IMG/VR virus record: IMGVR_UViG_3300045988_163070
Strand: one strand, 5' to 3'
DNA length: 64,000 bases
Source of the DNA: a virus
Below, in pieces: positions 26,751 through 35,096 of this stretch. The translations under genes and the position numbers were made by a program. The number at the start of each line of letters is the position of its first letter. The stretch's first letter is position 1. Below the pieces are notes generated by a model. It saw only the letters and a program-made list of their open reading frames with translations. It made no database searches and had not been told where the DNA came from.

Positions 26751-27205
26751 TCATATACCAGTTCCTGTATATGACTCTTTCATATCTTTATAAGAAAATT
26801 CATTTATCTCAGCCGAATAGACTGGCTGCAACAACTGAAAGATGAAATCGGTGAACCAATCATACGAACATCCGATCTTTAGAATAAACAAGTGGAATTT
26901 ATCGGGCAGGAAGAGATCTTCGACACACCGACTGTCTTCATAGAGCTCATACCCCTGAAATTGAGCAGCCACGAGGAGTTGGTAGAGGATATCTCCGACT
27001 ATATCTACCTGGCAACAGAAAATATCAAAACAGAGTGAGCTGCGCCTGCGATTCTTGTTGCTGACGGATGACACCAGGCTCGGTGCTGACGTTGATCAGG
27101 GTGTAAGATGTCTTTTCGCCAATAGAGTATTTGGGCAAAATATAGCGGTGAAGTATTTCACGGTTACTCAAACCGTCTCTGGCGTGTTCGTCATAGGTGC
27201 ATTAC
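26751..27205 (-). pseudogene. 5'-truncated, frameshifted gene remnant of higher GC
   Basis: Frame 1 has no start: ...DEHARDGLSNREILHRYILPKYSIGEKTSYTLINVSTEPGVIRQQQ, ending about 27046. The 107-aa ORF 26751-27074 continues in another frame. Local GC is visibly above that of the flanks. Confidence 0.35.
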
Positions 27206-27240
27206 AAAATAAATACCCTCAATGAAAATCCAATTGAGGG
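27205..27240 (-). terminator. rho-independent terminator of the 29426-27294 cassette
   Basis: CCCTCAAT/ATTGAGGG 8-bp stem (27216-27223 / 27233-27240), followed on the minus strand by TATTTATTTTG. Confidence 0.6.
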
Positions 27241-27293
27241 TATCTATATGCATTTATTTATTATAAAAAATAGCAATAATATATTATCCTAAT

Positions 27294-27869
27294 TTACATT
27301 TCCAAATCATGATCATTATTTTTATCTTTCTCACTTACAATGGAATTGAAAGATTCTATATACATCTCATCATCTGATAGGGTAATATATCCATGTTTTA
27401 TATTCTGTTCAATATACAAATTGTCCTTTTCAGTATTTGTAAACATAGACATAAAATTTACATCATCACGAAACCAATATCTTTTAGCTTCATAATCCAT
27501 TCCAAAAAGTGTTATCAGATTTCTACTACTTTGAGCCAATATCTTTGAACGTGCTTCTTCGTCTGCCCTACTTGCATCGGCAATATCATTAAGAGCCTTC
27601 CCAAAACTGTGTATAAATTTTTTACGCACCCTTCCATCTTTAAAGGCTTTTTGTATTTCATGTACAATAGAAATAGTATTTCCTTTAATCCATTTTATAG
27701 TACCCTCATGATCAAGCGGTAGAGTAAATTCTGCTCCCTTATACCTTTTATCATTCATAATTTTATGAATATGAAAACCCTTTCCCCATTTTATCTCCTC
27801 TCTTGTACCGCTTTTATGATTATCTATTCTAACAGTCTGTTTTTTCAAAATAGTTGCCAGTGTTTTCAT
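27294..27869 (-). CDS. hypothetical protein (cassette gene 3)
   Basis: 191 aa. Soluble and K/E-rich. No motif recognised. Confidence 0.6.
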   Translation of the reverse strand: MKTLATILKKQTVRIDNHKSGTREEIKWGKGFHIHKIMNDKRYKGAEFTLPLDHEGTIKWIKGNTISIVHEIQKAFKDGRVRKKFIHSFGKALNDIADASRADEEARSKILAQSSRNLITLFGMDYEAKRYWFRDDVNFMSMFTNTEKDNLYIEQNIKHGYITLSDDEMYIESFNSIVSEKDKNNDHDLEM

Positions 27870-27960
27870 TATATAATTTTTTTAGTTGATAACAGAGAAA
27901 CAATAAATTTATGATACATACAATTTTTATTATTCCGTATTAAAGTCAAAAATGTAAATG

Positions 27961-28524
27961 TTATGTATTTGAATCTTCCTTTTTTTCTTTGATATCTGTA
28001 TTAATAGTAAAAGATGCGAAATTATAAATACTGATTGCTATATCCTTCATTATCCATATTGAAAATAAAATGAAATATAGCGAAATGACTAAAAGCAATG
28101 CGTTGATAATACTAAGCGGTATTATATGAAACGGCATATTCACAGTCCCTATACTATTTACTATCAGAAGATAAAGAACCCCAAAACAAATAATCTTTAT
28201 TGCAGCCGCAAAAGATGAGTTCAGCCCATTTAATAACTTATTTCCCTTTGCATTATGTTTCATCTTTTCACAAATTGGGGACCAGTACATAGACATTAAT
28301 ATAGCATAAGCAGCCAAAAGGATTGACAGCATTACAGGAACCACACTCAATCCAATCGTGATAACCTTAAACAGTTCAACAAGCATATCTTTCTCCCCTA
28401 AGTAGCTAATAACAGTTATAGTAACTGCTGCTAATACGGGAAAAATTGAATCTTTAATCAAATCATAATTCGTGTATGATCTGAACACCGAGTCCCAGCC
28501 AAATATTGAGTGTTTCTTTTCCAT
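27961..28524 (-). CDS. multi-pass membrane protein (cassette gene 2)
   Basis: 187 aa with about 5 hydrophobic helices. Its start is 2 nt after the stop of gene 1. Confidence 0.65.
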   Translation of the reverse strand: MEKKHSIFGWDSVFRSYTNYDLIKDSIFPVLAAVTITVISYLGEKDMLVELFKVITIGLSVVPVMLSILLAAYAILMSMYWSPICEKMKHNAKGNKLLNGLNSSFAAAIKIICFGVLYLLIVNSIGTVNMPFHIIPLSIINALLLVISLYFILFSIWIMKDIAISIYNFASFTINTDIKEKKEDSNT

Positions 28525-28526
28525 TT

Positions 28527-29426
28527 TTATTCTGAACCTTTATATCTTGTAACAACTTCGTTATATACAGCCATATATATACTACCGATGCTACTGAATC
28601 CAACTTTTATCTTTTCAATGTAATTCTCGGTGCGTATTCTATGATTTTTCCTTTTGGGTTTACTTCCTTTTTTCTTTCCTGGTATTAATTGGTAACCAGT
28701 GATTTCAGCAGCCCCATTCCCCATTTTGGTTACAAGGTTAATTAAGGAATCAACCATTCCTCCTTCAGTTAAATTTAGATCTTCATTTTCTGCTGATGAT
28801 ACATCCATATTTATCAATGCGATATTACCTTCTTTGGCCAAATCACTAAACGTTTCTTCAAACCCTTCTATATCATCCTTATTTCCGTAATTAATAGTTA
28901 GCTTAACGCGGTTAACATTGAGTTCCTTATACGCTTCTGTTATCTCATCTTTTGATGTAACGAAGTTAGAATGAACTTGTTCTGGTCCTAATATCTTAGT
29001 TGAAGCAGCATCAATATATTTTTTTATATTCTGAATTGTAACTTCACTGCCAGATAGCAAACATAATTTATGTACTTCTGGGATAAAATAGAATGTTGCT
29101 TTCTTTGTATTAGCATACAAATCTTCTTCACTCTCTCTACTTTCTATTTTTTTACTTTTTTGATTGAACCATGCATTATCTCTAATACCTATATAAGTAA
29201 CAATAGTTCCTTCATACATGTTCAAAGTAGCAAGTTTTTCAAACCTCAGCAGCTCAATATAATTATCTCCTCTTAATGGTATCACAAAATCCAAATATGC
29301 CATTTTATTAAATAACTCCACATAAGAATCAGGAGCTTGATTATGTAACAAAACAATATTCAATAATTGCATTGTTCTCCATTGATGTTTTTCAGCAGTT
29401 TTAAACTGTCTAAATTTTGTTTTCAT
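28527..29426 (-). CDS. hypothetical protein (cassette gene 1), possibly DUF4747-like
   Basis: 299 aa. ATFYFIPEVHKLCLL and RVKLTINYGNKDD loosely match my memory of DUF4747. Basic KKKGSKPKRKNHR patch near the C-terminus. Confidence 0.6.
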   Translation of the reverse strand: MKTKFRQFKTAEKHQWRTMQLLNIVLLHNQAPDSYVELFNKMAYLDFVIPLRGDNYIELLRFEKLATLNMYEGTIVTYIGIRDNAWFNQKSKKIESRESEEDLYANTKKATFYFIPEVHKLCLLSGSEVTIQNIKKYIDAASTKILGPEQVHSNFVTSKDEITEAYKELNVNRVKLTINYGNKDDIEGFEETFSDLAKEGNIALINMDVSSAENEDLNLTEGGMVDSLINLVTKMGNGAAEITGYQLIPGKKKGSKPKRKNHRIRTENYIEKIKVGFSSIGSIYMAVYNEVVTRYKGSE

Positions 29427-29652
29427 AATTCTTAGATATTCATGCAGAGTGCGCCCACAGCCGTTATAAAGCTGAAACCGATTTTACGATTTACACTCTA
29501 CATGAATAGATTATAACATTATTGGGCATCGCAAATATATGAATTTCCAATAACTATGAACTATTTTTTACTTAAAATATACTTTCTCCATTTATTTTCT
29601 TTCTGTATTAATTTGACGATTTACGCAATTCACAAAATTTTCATTTAACTTG

Positions 29653-29727
29653 AAGTGATGGGCGGACTCGAACCGCCGACCTCATGCATATTAAGACATG
29701 CGCTCTAACCAACTGAGCTACACCACC
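29653..29727 (-). tRNA. tRNA with Ile-like body and an 8-nt anticodon loop CUUAAUAU
   Basis: GGTGGTG TA GCTC AGTTGGTTA GAGC G CATGT CTTAATAT GCATG AGGTC GGCGG TTCGAGT CCGCC CATCACT T. All arms are in register except for one extra loop nucleotide. Confidence 0.7.
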
Positions 29728-30031
29728 TGCTATATCTACTTTTTTTTAACTCACATAACTCTTAAAGCAAATACCACGATTTGCCGACATAAATATGCCT
29801 AACTGTTTTATTTTTACAACGATATGGTTCTGACCTTTAACCACAGCATTATATCGTTGTCAAGTTGTGCCTATTTACGTAGTCCGCTTTCAGCAGAGGA
29901 TAACTTGCAACCTCTATTTTTACCAATATGTCAAAGAACTCTTCTCTGTGTTCCCAGCCTCCCTTCAAGGGCAGGCTCACTGGCCGGGCTGGGTGCCGGT
30001 TAACCGGCTATCTTGGTTTGACTTAGTGAGG

Positions 30032-30271
30032 TCAATCTTTGCCCATTCGTGCAAGCATCCGATCACATAGTTTGTAGTTGCGTTCTAAATAGGCTTCCTG
30101 AGAATTCAAATCTCTATCAAACAGTTCCTCTGATATCGCTTTTAATTTTTCAATGATCTCTATCCGTCTTTCCTCACTGTCATCAAAGCTCAAGATATCA
30201 GCCAGCCCCTCAACTACACCGGAAATGGATGCAAGGCTCATGCCTTTTAATCTATTTGTGAATTCTTCCAT
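30032..30271 (-). CDS. small hypothetical protein
   Basis: 79-aa acidic helical ORF downstream of 30293-30613. Confidence 0.45.
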   Translation of the reverse strand: MEEFTNRLKGMSLASISGVVEGLADILSFDDSEERRIEIIEKLKAISEELFDRDLNSQEAYLERNYKLCDRMLARMGKD

Positions 30272-30292
30272 GATTGATTTGATTTTGATTGA

Positions 30293-30613
30293 TTACTTTG
30301 TCACATACCCCATTGCAAGATTTCCGCAAGGATCACTGTACAGGCTTGAAAGAGATAAATTCTTCTTTGGAAAAATAGATGTAGTACTTTCGCGAAATCT
30401 TATCTCTGCCTTATATTCATCCATTTTCAAGTGAGCATCTATCCAAGCTGTTTTAAGAGCAGACTTAAAAGAATAGCCGTAATTGCGAACATAGACCCAA
30501 GTTCTTTGGATGATAGCTCTAAAATTATACTTACCATCAACGATAAGCCTATAATCTCTTTTCTTAGAGTTACTTTTCTCTGTTTTCGGTTGGATACTTG
30601 CTTTTTTATTCAT
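30293..30613 (-). CDS. hypothetical protein (divergent from repressor; Cro/antirepressor position)
   Basis: 106-aa basic ORF transcribed divergently from the HTH gene across the operator repeats. Confidence 0.45.
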   Translation of the reverse strand: MNKKASIQPKTEKSNSKKRDYRLIVDGKYNFRAIIQRTWVYVRNYGYSFKSALKTAWIDAHLKMDEYKAEIRFRESTTSIFPKKNLSLSSLYSDPCGNLAMGYVTK

Positions 30614-30647
30614 ACTTTTGGAGTATTGATTGATTGATGATGCAAAT

Positions 30648-30710
30648 ATAAACGCATTTACGTTAATATCAAAACGTAAAGCCTAAATTAATAAACGCAT
30701 TTACGTTAAT
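30648..30710. promoter_or_regulatory. two identical 20-bp operator-like sites in the divergent promoter region
   Basis: ATAAACGCATTTACGTTAAT at 30648-30667 and 30691-30710. Each contains AACG-N6-CGTT dyad symmetry. A related AACGTAAA lies between them. Confidence 0.6.
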
Positions 30711-30727
30711 TAACTTTTTGATTGATT

Positions 30728-31123
30728 ATGAATGATGCAAGTTTGAATGGGAAGATCAGGGAAATTATCTCTTACTATAAGCTGTCTGACAGACAGTTCG
30801 CTATTAAAATTGGGGTAACACAATCCGTTATTGGTTCTATGTTTCAAAAAAACACTGAACCTTCAGCTAAAGTAATTAAACTAACGCTAAACGTATTTAC
30901 GAACATATCTTCTGAATGGTTACTTCGCGATAAAGGCCCTATGTTAATTTCAGATATCAAATCCGATCCAAACATTGAACGCATGGAGCGTTTAGTAGAT
31001 ACGATAGCCACCCTTCAAGGTACAATCAACGAACAGATGAAGACTAATCAATTGCTCACTGAGGAACTTAGAAAGGCAAAGGGAGAATTAGCAATGTTGA
31101 AGAATGAACGTAATGCAGGATAA
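30728..31123 (+). CDS. XRE-family HTH repressor-like protein with C-terminal coiled coil
   Basis: LSDRQFAIKIGVTQSVIGSMFQKNTEPSAKVI HTH. ATG at 30728 is preferred over the TTG at 30722. Confidence 0.7.
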   Translation: MNDASLNGKIREIISYYKLSDRQFAIKIGVTQSVIGSMFQKNTEPSAKVIKLTLNVFTNISSEWLLRDKGPMLISDIKSDPNIERMERLVDTIATLQGTINEQMKTNQLLTEELRKAKGELAMLKNERNAG

Positions 31124-31144
31124 TCATATTGACTACATACAAAC

Positions 31145-31657
31145 ATGAAAAAAAGCTTATTATTTATTTTAGCATTTTTGCCAGTAATCTGTTTTGCTCA
31201 AAAAGTAAATACACAGATTGACGATTTTACAGGAGAAAAAGTAATTACTACCTCATGGGAAAAAATATATTCCGGCGGCGCAACTGGTAAAAATCAAACA
31301 CGCATAAGATTTAGGCACGAAGATGGTACAGACTTCATTGAATTTCGTATTTTCACTGATTGCGTAGCATCATATGATAAAGGAAAGGAAATTCTATTAA
31401 AGACGAATAGTGGTATTATAAAAGTCTATAATCTCGAATATACACTTACGAAACCAGGAGACTGGAATCCCAATGGAATTAATGACAAACTCGGAATCTA
31501 TTTAACCTGCTCAAGTAACGAACTTAATAAACTCTCCAACGAAAGTGTCACAAAGATGCGAATTATGTTAAGTGATGGATATAGAGATATAGCTTTGAAG
31601 GGGAAAGATTCATCTAAACTACAAGAGTTATACAATCAATTCAATAAAGCTAAATAA
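31145..31657 (+). CDS. secreted/lipoprotein-like protein
   Basis: 170 aa. Signal peptide MKKSLLFILAFLPVICFAQ. Confidence 0.6.
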   Translation: MKKSLLFILAFLPVICFAQKVNTQIDDFTGEKVITTSWEKIYSGGATGKNQTRIRFRHEDGTDFIEFRIFTDCVASYDKGKEILLKTNSGIIKVYNLEYTLTKPGDWNPNGINDKLGIYLTCSSNELNKLSNESVTKMRIMLSDGYRDIALKGKDSSKLQELYNQFNKAK

Positions 31658-31928
31658 CAACATTGAAATGGAACTTAAATAATTAGCAAATAGTACTAAA
31701 TTCATGGTTACTGGAAATAATATGACAGTATATGATTTAGAATATAGACTATATAATACCAAATTGGAATGAAACTGCAAAAGCTTGATAGTACGTAAGA
31801 ATTTAAATGGTCAAACCATAAAAATGAAATCTCCAAACCAAATTTAAGATTTGATCAAGCAAAAGCAAATATCAACAATATTTCTTATATAAACAGATAT
31901 TTTTCAATTTATTTAATTAAGAAGTAAT

Positions 31929-32396
31929 ATGACATATTTTAGAGAAGCCAAACCTGTTGATAATAAAGTTTATCCACTAACTATTACAGCAGAAGAAAAA
32001 GACAAAATATTAAATGCAATATTAGCTGCAGCTAATGGTAGTGCAACTGCCAATATTGATTATGATGATATCTCAAACATTGAAATTAGTAAGGATCAAT
32101 ACGAAATGGTACTGAAAGAGTTCAAGAAGAAAGGACTAATTGATTATATAGGATATGGTACTGAGAACCTTACGATAAATTCTGAAATTTCAAATTTCGC
32201 AGAAAAAGGTGGTTTTACAGTTGAAAGAGATTTATATACAATCAACTTTGATGTACTTGAATTGCAACTTAAGCGATTAGAGAAAGAATTGAGTCCAGAT
32301 ACGACTGCAAAAGTTAATAGCGTTATCAAAAAAGCTAAAAACATAACCGAACTCATAGCTGGACTCGCAACTTTAGTAGATAGAATAAACCTTTAA
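31929..32396 (+). CDS. hypothetical protein
   Basis: 155-aa ORF. No motif recognised. Confidence 0.5.
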   Translation: MTYFREAKPVDNKVYPLTITAEEKDKILNAILAAANGSATANIDYDDISNIEISKDQYEMVLKEFKKKGLIDYIGYGTENLTINSEISNFAEKGGFTVERDLYTINFDVLELQLKRLEKELSPDTTAKVNSVIKKAKNITELIAGLATLVDRINL

Positions 32397-32722
32397 GGTT
32401 TACCCCCTGTATCAACTAACAAGAATTCTAAGATAGAAGCAGCTTGGAGTAGATATGATGCATACAAGGTCGAATCAGCAGATGGATTATAACGGTATCT
32501 TCTCGTTTTAACGTTCTTGATTTCGACATAACCATTAGCCATTTCACTCGCTAAAATTTTTAAACTTGAAATTGTATCTTTCACGTCTTGATTATAAGAT
32601 GACCCTATACGTCTAACAGCGCAAGGGTTAACTTTTTCATCATTGGAAAAAATATAGGCTTTTTCCTCAGAAGATTCATTTTTATATATCCTTTTAAGGA
32701 TACTCTTTAATAACGATTTCAT
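32393..32722 (-). CDS. hypothetical protein
   Basis: ORF convergent with 31929-32396 (4-nt overlap of stops). ATG MKSLLKSILK at 32722 is preferred over the TTG at 32752. Confidence 0.45.
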   Translation of the reverse strand: MKSLLKSILKRIYKNESSEEKAYIFSNDEKVNPCAVRRIGSSYNQDVKDTISSLKILASEMANGYVEIKNVKTRRYRYNPSADSTLYASYLLQAASILEFLLVDTGGKP

Positions 32723-32925
32723 AAATGCATTATTTGGTTTGACAATGCGCAAATATAATATTTAAAACAATATATAACATGAAACACGAAAATCTTGATA
32801 GTACATAAAAAAGTTTATTTCCGTATTCTTGTCGGAAACGTCTTTATATAATTGGAAATCTATTCAAAATCAAAACAGTACAATGGTTATTAAATAATTA
32901 GTCTAGTTTAGTTTTTGTGTTGAGT

Positions 32926-32966
32926 CGGAAGCCTGCAAGCGAGCATGAGCTTCCGGCTTTCTTTTT
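32926..32966 (+). terminator. terminator-like hairpin upstream of integrase
   Basis: CGGAAGC/GCTTCCG 7-bp stem with a 16-nt loop, followed by GCTTTCTTTTTGC. No obvious plus-strand ORF lies just upstream. Confidence 0.35.
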
Positions 32967-33134
32967 GCTGTAATTCAGCAAGTTACATTCACAATCGAAC
33001 TTTTTTTATATCTATTAGTAGCCCATATTAGAGAATTAAAACAAATCATAATGTCACTTTTGACGCTATATAATGGTCGAAAAATGGTCGGATTATGGTC
33101 GGAAAACATGATACGATCGAAAACAGAATAAAGT

Positions 33135-34313
33135 ATGGCTACATTTTCATTGGTAATTGTCCCAGCTAAAAAACTATCAGACGGGACACATAAAATAAGA
33201 ATCAGAGTAGCACATAACTCTGATACAAGATTCATCACAACAGAAATTGTCGTTCGTGAAAACGAATTTAAGAACGGAAAGATAGTCCAACGCCCAGACA
33301 AAGATTTCCTCAACATAAAATTGCAGGAATGGTATAACACGTACTTCAAACGCTATATAGAATTAGAGCATGCAGAATCGTTAACTTGCGCCCAATTAGT
33401 TAAGATGATAACAAACCCTATTAATGGCGAACGTAATCGCAAATTTGAGGATATCGTTGAAGAATTCCTCTCACAGATCGATGAGGATGATAGAGAAAAA
33501 ACGCATAAACTTTATAAATTGGCCGCTAAACATTTTATTCGGTTTACTGGTCCAAGTACACTCATGGAACACATAACACCAATCCGGATTAATAACTATC
33601 TAACGCATTTAAGGAAGAGCAAACTCTCTCCTACCTCAATCAAAATCTATATTACACTATTGAAAGTGATAATAAACTATGCCATCAAGATGAGATACGT
33701 AGAATATAAGGTAGATCCATTTGTCACAGCTTCCATTCCTTCAGCTAAGAAAAGAGACACACATATCACAGTTGAACAACTAAAGATTATTAGAGATATG
33801 GTACCTAATCAATATAACGTATCAGTAGTTCGCGACATTTTCATGCTTACTTATTATTTAGCCGGCATGAACTTAGTTGATATGCTGGCTTACGACTTCC
33901 GGACCGACATTGTAGATTACATCAGAATCAAGACAAGGAATACTAAAGATGGTGACCGGTTGACTTCGTTTGCGATTCCTGATGAAGCAAAACCTCTCAT
34001 CAAGAAATATATGAATAAGAATACCGGAAAGCTCGTATTTGGAAAGTATAAAACCTATGTATCCTGTTATAATACACTCACCCGGAAAATGAAAGTTCTG
34101 AAAACAGTAGCAGGCGTTACTCACAACTTAACATTATATTCAGCTCGCAAATCATTCGTTCAACATGGATACGACTTGGGAATTCCTCTTAGCACATTAG
34201 AATACTGTATCGGTCAGTCAATGAAAGAAGATCGTCCAATCTTCAATTATGTATCAATCATGAAAAAGCATGCTGATAAAGCGATACGCGAGATACTTGA
34301 TAATCTGAAATAA
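33135..34313 (+). CDS. int: tyrosine recombinase / phage integrase
   Basis: 392 aa. N-terminus MATFSLVIVPAKKLSDGTHKIRIRV and a SAM-like domain typical of Bacteroidota-type integrases. C-terminal catalytic region LYSARKSFVQHG...YV. Confidence 0.8.
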   Translation: MATFSLVIVPAKKLSDGTHKIRIRVAHNSDTRFITTEIVVRENEFKNGKIVQRPDKDFLNIKLQEWYNTYFKRYIELEHAESLTCAQLVKMITNPINGERNRKFEDIVEEFLSQIDEDDREKTHKLYKLAAKHFIRFTGPSTLMEHITPIRINNYLTHLRKSKLSPTSIKIYITLLKVIINYAIKMRYVEYKVDPFVTASIPSAKKRDTHITVEQLKIIRDMVPNQYNVSVVRDIFMLTYYLAGMNLVDMLAYDFRTDIVDYIRIKTRNTKDGDRLTSFAIPDEAKPLIKKYMNKNTGKLVFGKYKTYVSCYNTLTRKMKVLKTVAGVTHNLTLYSARKSFVQHGYDLGIPLSTLEYCIGQSMKEDRPIFNYVSIMKKHADKAIREILDNLK

Positions 34314-34375
34314 AATAGTAACTTTGCAACATCAAGATAATACGGACATAATTCGGATTATTTTGGTTTGACTTG

Positions 34376-34404
34376 GTGAGGGGGTGGTTCCCCTCACTTT
34401 TTTT
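34376..34404 (+). terminator. rho-independent terminator after integrase
   Basis: GTGAGGGG/CCCCTCAC 8-bp stem, 6-nt loop, then TTTTTTT. Confidence 0.8.
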
Positions 34405-34506
34405 ATATCCTCATCGAACTTTTTCAATCGTCAATAGTAATACCCTATGTAATCCTTCTGGAAATTTGTTGATTTGTGTGCTGTTGATTGGTGGGATTAC
34501 AAACAA

Positions 34507-34528
34507 AGAGGTAGCTTCGGCTACCTCT
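34507..34528. terminator. bidirectional terminator hairpin
   Basis: AGAGGTAGC-TTCG-GCTACCTCT (9-bp stem, tetraloop). T-rich on both sides. Located 11 nt below the stop of the 34539-35030 minus-strand gene. Confidence 0.65.
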
Positions 34529-34538
34529 CATTATTATT

Positions 34539-35030
34539 TTACTTCTCTATCAGTTCATTAGCTTCAAGTAATTCCTGTGCATCTTCCTTTAGATATATAG
34601 GAATAGAAACAATAATATCTTTCACACCAATATATTGGGCTAACACAGTACGATGTCTCCCATCAGAAATAATGAAAGATTTATTTTGTGATATGTCCCA
34701 CATAGGTGGATCAACACATTCTTTATTCAACCATCTCTCTATAGTATTGGCAAATCTGGACTCATCGTGCCAAAATCCATCAAATTTTTTATTAAAGACC
34801 ACATCATATAAATTGGTTGAATTCTTTATTAATTTATCAACATTACATTGCATAAAAATCCTATTTGAATACATAGGATGATTAATAGGTAGTTCCATTT
34901 TACGAACATCAGTTGCCCAAACAGGAACAATACTGTTCAATTCATCATCACTCATTTTTCGACATTTATTCCTTAATAAAATATCTTCTTCATCTAAATC
35001 TTCATCATCTGTTTTTTTCCAATCTTCCAT
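34539..35030 (-). CDS. orphan ParB/Srx-fold protein with acidic N-terminus
   Basis: 163 aa. FIISDGRHRTVLAQYIG is the DGxHR box of ParB-like nuclease domains. N-terminal DDEDLDEEDILL. Confidence 0.55.
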   Translation of the reverse strand: MEDWKKTDDEDLDEEDILLRNKCRKMSDDELNSIVPVWATDVRKMELPINHPMYSNRIFMQCNVDKLIKNSTNLYDVVFNKKFDGFWHDESRFANTIERWLNKECVDPPMWDISQNKSFIISDGRHRTVLAQYIGVKDIIVSIPIYLKEDAQELLEANELIEK

Positions 35031-35096
35031 AGTAATTATATTAATTCATTACAATAAATAGTGAGATTTTACTAAATCACAAAATATAACTAAAAT

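Noticed and set aside
24662-29727. Odd tRNAs as suppressor tRNAs indicating stop-codon reassignment (as in some gut phages).
   Set aside because: All large genes (TerL, SNF2, TMP, the 2521-aa fibre, RT) are uninterrupted under the standard code. No anticodon complementary to a stop codon could be placed in a proper 7-nt loop.
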